From contig CATMVA010000002.1 of assembly GCA_950075865.1 (NCBI GenBank), positions 6,173 through 70,172 on the forward strand: a stretch of DNA of 64,000 nt, in the 5' to 3' direction. Below the pieces are notes generated by a model that had not been told where the DNA came from, did not search any database, and saw only the letters and a list, made by a program, of their open reading frames with translations. Source of the stretch: an uncultured Oscillospiraceae bacterium. GTDB lineage: Bacteria > Bacillota > Clostridia > Oscillospirales > Oscillospiraceae. Position numbers and translations under genes: made by a program. This document shows positions 59,801 to 64,000 of this stretch, one piece after another. How positions within the stretch are numbered: position 1 is the first letter of the stretch; each line of letters opens with the position of its first letter.

Positions 59801-62800
59801 GTCTCATCAGGCAGGTTGGTGGAGAACTCGTCGCCATACACGGGATTGTTTCCGTCTCTGTCCAGAACCGGGGTGCCAGGGGCCTTGTTCTCGCCGATGG
59901 GGATCTGAGCGGTTCCGGTATAGGTGAGGCTTGTAGCCAGGTTTATCGTTCCGGCATTGGGGGCCCTCTCGGCGTTGTTCCAGACGCTGGCGCCGGTGGT
60001 TGTCGTCACCACGAAATCCCGCGTGCCCAGAGAGGCATCCACCAACACGGCGTTCCCATCCCTGTCCATCAGGCTGCCGGGGTAGGCTTTCAGTTGGAAG
60101 GGCACTTTCAGGAGCAGGCCGTCTGTCAGCTTGCTGAGATCGGCGCCGCTCCCCTGGACCGAGAAACGGATCTCCCGCAGGTTGGCCTCCCTTCCGGCGA
60201 TGGCAGGTGTAGCCTTGGACTCCAGGTGGGTCGCAGGGGTAATGTCGCTTCCCGAAGAAGGAAGAAGCGTGTAGCCACTCCACAGCTCGTTCTCGGACAG
60301 GATGTAACTCATCAGGTCATCCGCGCCTTCAGGAGCCCAGGGGGTCACATAGGTGGGATCGTAGATCAAAGTGAAGGTCCATGTAGTCACGTCGCCGGTC
60401 AGACACTGAGGAGCCTCCCCAATGAGGCGAACGCCCATCCAGAAGGGAGTAATATTCTGAGGGTCGTAGTCAGGACGGAGGGTGGGATCCAGCGCCTTGG
60501 TCTCACTGTTTTCGATCCCCAGGTATTCCACGCTGAGCTGGGTCTTCCCCTCTGTCTTCACTGCCGGGCGGCGGTGGACGGTCTCTGTGGTCAGGGGAAG
60601 GTACATGTAGTAATCGCCGGCCTCTTTGGTGGTACTGTAGGCGGGGGTCTCGAAGTCGCCTGTCAGGAGGGCCACATCAGCAGCATCTACCAGGTGGTTG
60701 CGGTTGTCTACGTTGCAGACACGGTAGTAATAGAGCCGCTTGACGGCATCTGTCATCGTCTCGCTTTCCATGTTGTCAAAGAAACCATCTTCCAGTAATT
60801 CACCGAGCTTGACACCGTCGGCCGCTGTCACCGTGCCATCCATGTCTACGTCACCAGGCAGGGGAAGGATCACGATCTGGCGGCTAAAGCCGTGGTCTTC
60901 ATCGCTGTGCCGGGCACCGTCGTAGGGATCGGTGTAGGTGTAGCTCAAGGTGTAGATACCGGGCTTGATGTTGGCTGGCAGGGTGACCGTGTCGCTGTCT
61001 TCCCTTTTCATGAGGACCGGCGTCCCCAACGCATCGTCTGTCGCTATTTCAGGCCCCATGGTCTCCACTTGTGTCAGACTCAGCTCCCAGGTCACATTGT
61101 ACTCGCTGGCCCTGTGAGGGACGCCCAGGCCGTCTATGACTGTGGCATCCAGGATCTGGAACGTGGAGTTCGTGTAGACCACGATGGCGGTCTTCTCATG
61201 GTCCAGATTGGTGGTACCGGGCACCCAGGCCATGTTGCGGTACCGACCCTTGTAAATATAGCCGCCGTTGTTCAGCGCAACGCTTTCAAAGACGGTATTC
61301 TTGAAGGTGTTGGGCTCTCCGCCCTCGTTGCTGGCAAAATCGGCGATGGCCGCATTCCGTTTCTCCGTGTCATCCGGCCATTCCCGCCAGATCATACCGT
61401 AGGGGGTGTTGCCGGGATCCTTATCCATGGTGGGATCGTCCAGGCGCTGGATGTAAAGGGTATAATCTTTACTTGTCTTGCCGTCCGGAGCGGTAACTGT
61501 AAAGGTGATAACGTTGCATGTGTTTGCGCTGGAAGCATTATAGACGCCGAGGTCAATGTAGACAGGTGTCGTCTCGGTACCCAATGTAAAGACTTTTCGG
61601 GCCGGGCCGGTGCCTTCATAGCCACGGACACCCGCGTTGGGGTCGTCTTCAGGGGTGTTAGTGGGGTTATGGGGGTTATCCACATCATAGTCTTTGTAGT
61701 CACCATCCTCATAGGTCATGGTGGTGTCCTTCCCGATCAGGGAGTCGTTGTAGACAATCGTCTGCCCCTTGTAGGTGTTCTTGACTACAACCGTGGACCC
61801 CGGTTCAAAGGTGGTGAAGTCAAAATTCAATTTTTGGACGTCAAAGGGCACACGGATAAAATACTTATCCGTGCCGGTGGCGAAGGTTGTAGTCGCCGCG
61901 CTCTTCAATTCATCGTTGGTCATGGTCAGAAGGTCAGGGTCGTAGACACGGAAGGTAGAAATTTCTTCCTCCTCATTTCCGCTGGCTACGGTTGTGACCT
62001 TCAGGCCGGTGGCGGTGGCGTTGGTGCTGTCCTTCCAGATGCCGATGACAGGGAGGAGGGACATGTCTCCATATTCGTTATCGATCGCATGGTCCAGATA
62101 CTGCTCCATGTTGGCGGTGGGATCAAATGGGATCTGATCGTCCACGCCAGGTATGGCTATAGTCGTGGTCACACCGTTTGTTGTTCCTTCGTGAGCATAG
62201 AGGTTACCGGGGCCAAAATCTTCATCAAACGGGATAATGCCATCAAAATAGTTTACCGAACTATTATCGTAGCCACTTCCGCTCTTCTGGATATACCAGC
62301 CATCAAATTCTTTGTTTGGCAATCGGGGAAGCTCCGCGGTAAAACTGTTGAGAATACGATTACCAGAAACAAATTCGTTATAGTTTAGATAGTGACTAAG
62401 ATCATACCACGGTGAAATTTCGAATGCGTAATATCCGGTTTCATCATCCCGAATGGGATCGCCAAATTCGTCGGTAGCCAGCTTACCGGTTCCAAACCCC
62501 TCGGTAAAGATACCATCCTGGTCATAGTTACCATCAGAAGAACTGATCCCATATGCCCAAGTCTTACCGGGCCACTCCAAATTATACTTGGAGGAACCCC
62601 AGACAGCGTCGCCATTTACAGCAAAGCCAATGCCGTAGTCACCATAGCCGCCGATTTTCAAAATCGCACTGTAGGGATAGACCACATGGGCGGAAAATAG
62701 GTCGGACTGTTCCGCCTGAGCCGCACTGTCGGCGGGGGTAGACATGACTGCGTCCTCCGGCTTCCCTTCGGGGGACGGAGGCGTTCCGTTGTCGTCAGTG

Positions 62801-63486
62801 GGATCGGAGACAGCGGGTGTCTCCCCCTCTTCCCCATCCCCTCTTTCTCCATCATCAGGATTCTGAGGGTCGGTGTCGTCACCGGTGGGAAGGTCAGACT
62901 TTTCGTCCTCTTCTCCGTCGGCGGGCGTTTGTTTGTCGGTGTCGCCCACCAGGTCGGTGGGCTGGTCATTCGTATCGTCCCCGGCGTCGGGGGCAGGCGT
63001 GTCTATATCGTCCCCCGGAACAGAAGGCTGGGCGGCATCGCCGGCCTCACCGCCGGAGGTTGGGGTGTCCACATTGTCATTACCGTCAGGAACGGGTTCA
63101 GGCACAGGGGCCGAGGGTTGAGACTCCTCCTCTTCCTGTGTGCCGTCGGGGACAGGCTCCACCGGGGTGGACGTCTGGCTGCTCTGGTCCGCGGAAGGAG
63201 CGGGCGTGGCCGCGGCGGTGCTGCCGGGGGTAGTGTCAGTACCATTCTCCCCGACTGATGTCACAAGGCGTAGCTTCTGCCACATGGGCTCCTGGAACAG
63301 GGCGTACCGGCCGGCGTTGGCCTCCTCGATCCGAAGGAAATCCTGGAAGGAGATGGGACGCTGACTCTGGGTATCCTGATCCGCGACGGAAGTCATCAGA
63401 GGGGCCGCCGCCTGGGCAGCAGTAGACAGCGGCAGCTGAGCCGCCAGAACCATACTGATGATCCTGCGTCCTGTCTTGCATTTCAT
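53851..63486 (-). CDS. Giant SLH-anchored protein (3211 aa) with cadherin-like sandwich, dockerin, cohesin-like domain, MBG/Ig repeats, YDG-like, Big_2 and an SLH triad
   Basis: AAGGAGG RBS; signal peptide; GDVDMDGTVTAAD loop; WSSSDPAVATVD (Big_2); F.P....TRAE SLH motifs at the C terminus. Confidence 0.9.
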   Translation of the reverse strand: MKCKTGRRIISMVLAAQLPLSTAAQAAAPLMTSVADQDTQSQRPISFQDFLRIEEANAGRYALFQEPMWQKLRLVTSVGENGTDTTPGSTAAATPAPSADQSSQTSTPVEPVPDGTQEEEESQPSAPVPEPVPDGNDNVDTPTSGGEAGDAAQPSVPGDDIDTPAPDAGDDTNDQPTDLVGDTDKQTPADGEEDEKSDLPTGDDTDPQNPDDGERGDGEEGETPAVSDPTDDNGTPPSPEGKPEDAVMSTPADSAAQAEQSDLFSAHVVYPYSAILKIGGYGDYGIGFAVNGDAVWGSSKYNLEWPGKTWAYGISSSDGNYDQDGIFTEGFGTGKLATDEFGDPIRDDETGYYAFEISPWYDLSHYLNYNEFVSGNRILNSFTAELPRLPNKEFDGWYIQKSGSGYDNSSVNYFDGIIPFDEDFGPGNLYAHEGTTNGVTTTIAIPGVDDQIPFDPTANMEQYLDHAIDNEYGDMSLLPVIGIWKDSTNATATGLKVTTVASGNEEEEISTFRVYDPDLLTMTNDELKSAATTTFATGTDKYFIRVPFDVQKLNFDFTTFEPGSTVVVKNTYKGQTIVYNDSLIGKDTTMTYEDGDYKDYDVDNPHNPTNTPEDDPNAGVRGYEGTGPARKVFTLGTETTPVYIDLGVYNASSANTCNVITFTVTAPDGKTSKDYTLYIQRLDDPTMDKDPGNTPYGMIWREWPDDTEKRNAAIADFASNEGGEPNTFKNTVFESVALNNGGYIYKGRYRNMAWVPGTTNLDHEKTAIVVYTNSTFQILDATVIDGLGVPHRASEYNVTWELSLTQVETMGPEIATDDALGTPVLMKREDSDTVTLPANIKPGIYTLSYTYTDPYDGARHSDEDHGFSRQIVILPLPGDVDMDGTVTAADGVKLGELLEDGFFDNMESETMTDAVKRLYYYRVCNVDNRNHLVDAADVALLTGDFETPAYSTTKEAGDYYMYLPLTTETVHRRPAVKTEGKTQLSVEYLGIENSETKALDPTLRPDYDPQNITPFWMGVRLIGEAPQCLTGDVTTWTFTLIYDPTYVTPWAPEGADDLMSYILSENELWSGYTLLPSSGSDITPATHLESKATPAIAGREANLREIRFSVQGSGADLSKLTDGLLLKVPFQLKAYPGSLMDRDGNAVLVDASLGTRDFVVTTTTGASVWNNAERAPNAGTINLATSLTYTGTAQIPIGENKAPGTPVLDRDGNNPVYGDEFSTNLPDETNQINIADNDILDATKLPPGITYNWQHKTLTGTPTQAGTYTFIVQSGISSGNITQYEFQITVDKAPLNLTVQNVDMYYGQNPRQNGATTAQTFTYDPEQIKAIDVTDGKTNGGTAAELATLLNKTNDDYGAPEISLRTTQAVDGAEVTATTVPGSYWVMMESGGSRNYKFYYVQPASGDTEEKISPDFGWATLTVNPRPVLVDKLNKEPLGEILVSATSNQIEGNTASYLTHEFDVTSPAVSGAYNDIPLSASTTIANGDQVVLDYTVIVEDLNQIKLTKKEELHDAKVADVKLAKTAETNRNNCYVLVNPNASEITGHPKEDGWVRPTNQEGKALVKAQELSNLEAQWNSPAEKPDSNRVYTYGETLALDHLSVSLTYLDAQGKPEETPISFFGEFWTQGVNGGVAQLYRDRGIAIQWVDSNGAKPAEITAESLTTSAYTDMAYTGQQISVKDHNDKWLCISAPGTDLKPIYIGPFTVNKKTLTIKVNPLKRYYGEQNPAFGYRYETADLAGWDRYEGMRDDSSTLKQQLANYNYEEPVYKYSTVNNSLTEGEDVTAATGIGTRYMLVYGAKCDNYSFRYQLVDADTKEVLATSAVSEDPDSPEEQAAPILGYATLTILKRPILVTQIQGPVGTILFDSSTNVIEDLKASAEKIEAELPEKNIPYYQWGRHEAAVTYPEPGLTLEGDAICAGDRVTVKFQATFEKQNNSVPFWNLDDKSSLDVTVAIEKLDLMAAEGQGSNYELVFAGSAPAASGWTAKRDPSKPGGYDRTDSTGTVVKRSLGGIQVIASPKLGYTYGGAGESGMGTLDLSTLQVKITYADGTTEDVTYSLALSGQVETNTFAQKGMTVHWDSADGPEAKNGERLTVTDYNNRQLVITGQATPNDPVQVATLAPGVGMTVTVAKRALVLKATDQTRAYGENNGTYRFTFDPSTLAEWDAKLLADRNLKAEGSAAALDTAATSSALSAIDPTFKGPTFDTDAAKNSNVGDYRLYLDSDGSSMANYRLRFENATIHVVERPVYVTEIKKSPLNSVHVGASTETKYKTVGYVGGSGAEAKTDFALSIFNDSSSGLTFEGNNALVGDDVLEISIDFNYANTSAVTSAAPVRINDLTLVENADSKNYTLVAGRSTIVGNNFNLGEVHEKRITKIEPFGQPNLTFTYGDKLLQLADLGIRVTYEDNTTSTYNVGNFSLADAYYYNSASVPAKSEWEKIPTTYTKVQNNDHLTVNGHNGKYILVLAKVSNETGAGYVAPIILRNNSSSNGAIQVNPRPLTYTFTAADKVYDTTTVTTGTIHLTNVYGNDKIWVDNGTDYTNQELGNYTFASGESGIRFTYTSPNAGEGIVVRVDGIKLIGPDKDNYDIGPATVTSTESGINGRDGAPKATITKADRTAMHVQAPDVQISLTVDEHTNAVAVSVDRHASTFGNTADRLNSQLHYEYQLVRLNPDGTVALTTNWQDSPYFGGELIGDGSAQDGDIGTEPSLPRGQYVMANVRLCETGNYKASALTNSITGSSDLPTAAVVQEAVAAAEQAVADAAAAVTDDKIRTVERVSGPVTWTYTYRVDLYDSTEVKGEGDTVFYTTTLVDVWFTDITAYNEQRTFERLVGNLTQSLYTGYFWDEAKKVALTYGASFDLSQDIMVKLPVEQEDGTTAEEEKLVNPANSLGGRDLTVYVTSVPRADDTPSLKTIEIIPAELTARPGDEPVQLELKLTPKSASSRNLRWSSSDPAVATVDKNGLVTFVGPGIAVITVQTRSGSVSATMTVRVMGDYPYEGAMLNVYYTDAYMDLFPGEIFAPELTMSRQTMITIMARVFQTTERKVPKPLANIYDDVPGGASYLEQLDRLDTWGIINGIGDNLFAPDDTATRAEAAVVLCQMLMLPVGTDPNAPHAFTDATPENHWAWAYIDALAAAGITVGTGGGCYSPDDPVTRAELATFIAKTLAAEVDTKAPDLIRPLDVTSEHWAHKYVLRAVNSGTMLCWKENI

Positions 63487-63515
63487 AACAGCGTCCCCTC
63501 CTTTCTTATAAATAT

Positions 63516-63574
63516 TGCTACCTTAATATATATTGCTTGCTTTTGGATCGCCGACCTCTGCTACCTTATATATT
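63516..63574. repeat. Imperfect AT-rich direct repeat in the intergenic region
   Basis: TGCTACCTTAATATATATT (63516) and TGCTACCTTATATATT (63559). Confidence 0.6.
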
Positions 63575-63591
63575 ATAGTAGTAGGATGGCG

Positions 63592-63999
63592 TCAAGGTGT
63601 AACGGTAATGTGGTTGGTATAGTCGATGGGCAGGTAGAAGGCCTGCTGGAGACCCAGCCTGTAAATCAGGTTGGCATCGATATTGTTGATGTTCCGGTCG
63701 TTGTTGGCGTCCACGATCCGATAGCGGTAGACAAGCTTGTCTGCCGCCGGATAGTTGTCCGAACCTGCGAGCTGGTCGATAGGCAGGGGGACGCTCATCC
63801 GGTTATGAATGTAGTCGCCGTCCATGCTGTCTACCGTCAGGTCCGCATTCACATCACCACGGGCCGAGAGAATGATCAGGGGCCGGGTGAAGGAGAGATA
63901 TTTTTGGTCAACAGTGTCGTCACCTGTCCCGGCGGGATCAATGTAGTCAGGGAAGGTGTAGGTAAGGGCGTAGACACCTGGACGGAGGTCCCTGATGTC
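63592..63999 (-). CDS. C terminus of an upstream gene ending in a dockerin-like domain (5'-truncated by window edge)
   Basis: Frame open to the window end: DIRDLRPGVYALTY...RPLIILSARGDVNADLTVDSMD...DANNDRNINNIDANLI. Confidence 0.85.
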   Translation of the reverse strand, partial: DIRDLRPGVYALTYTFPDYIDPAGTGDDTVDQKYLSFTRPLIILSARGDVNADLTVDSMDGDYIHNRMSVPLPIDQLAGSDNYPAADKLVYRYRIVDANNDRNINNIDANLIYRLGLQQAFYLPIDYTNHITVTP

Positions 64000-64000
64000 G

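Noticed and set aside
28269-62388. Other long plus-strand ORFs (e.g. 28269-31688, 39103-43224, 49954-53763, 56110-58224)
   Set aside because: The same antisense shadow effect over the giant minus-strand genes.
16605-64000. Classical cellulosome gene cluster
   Set aside because: No recognisable GH, CBM3 or tandem multi-cohesin scaffoldin was seen by eye; a dbCAN scan would be needed to exclude it fully.
16605-64000. Mobile element, DGR or invertible shufflon driving variation
   Set aside because: No integrase, transposase, reverse transcriptase, template/variable repeat pair or inverted recombination sites were seen in the window.

Overview
This is a high-GC chromosomal window from a spore-forming Firmicute (spoIID, SLH proteins, rny). 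An Oscillospiraceae-like clostridium is plausible but is inference only. The first ~16.5 kb holds mostly housekeeping and metal-handling genes: an ECF S component, feoA-feoA-feoB plus a small Cys-rich gene, a divergent DtxR/MntR regulator, two chromate-transporter halves, a PTS-IIC-like protein, a GNAT, rny, a dCMP deaminase, a TM2/DUF2752/XRE cassette, mnmE, spoIID, and a deletion-scarred LysR/flavoprotein relic. The remaining ~47 kb is a co-oriented minus-strand cluster of four giant secreted proteins (about 5429, 1785, 5038 and 3211 aa) plus a fifth gene truncated by the window end. By eye they carry at least three dockerin-like modules, three cohesin-like modules, SLH anchors and long repeat stalks, with no recognisable glycoside hydrolase domain. 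The best candidate for a new system is therefore a non-cellulosomal cohesin-dockerin surface megacomplex with mosaic low-GC segments and a structured internal promoter/leader. All domain calls are motif recognition by eye; no database search was run.
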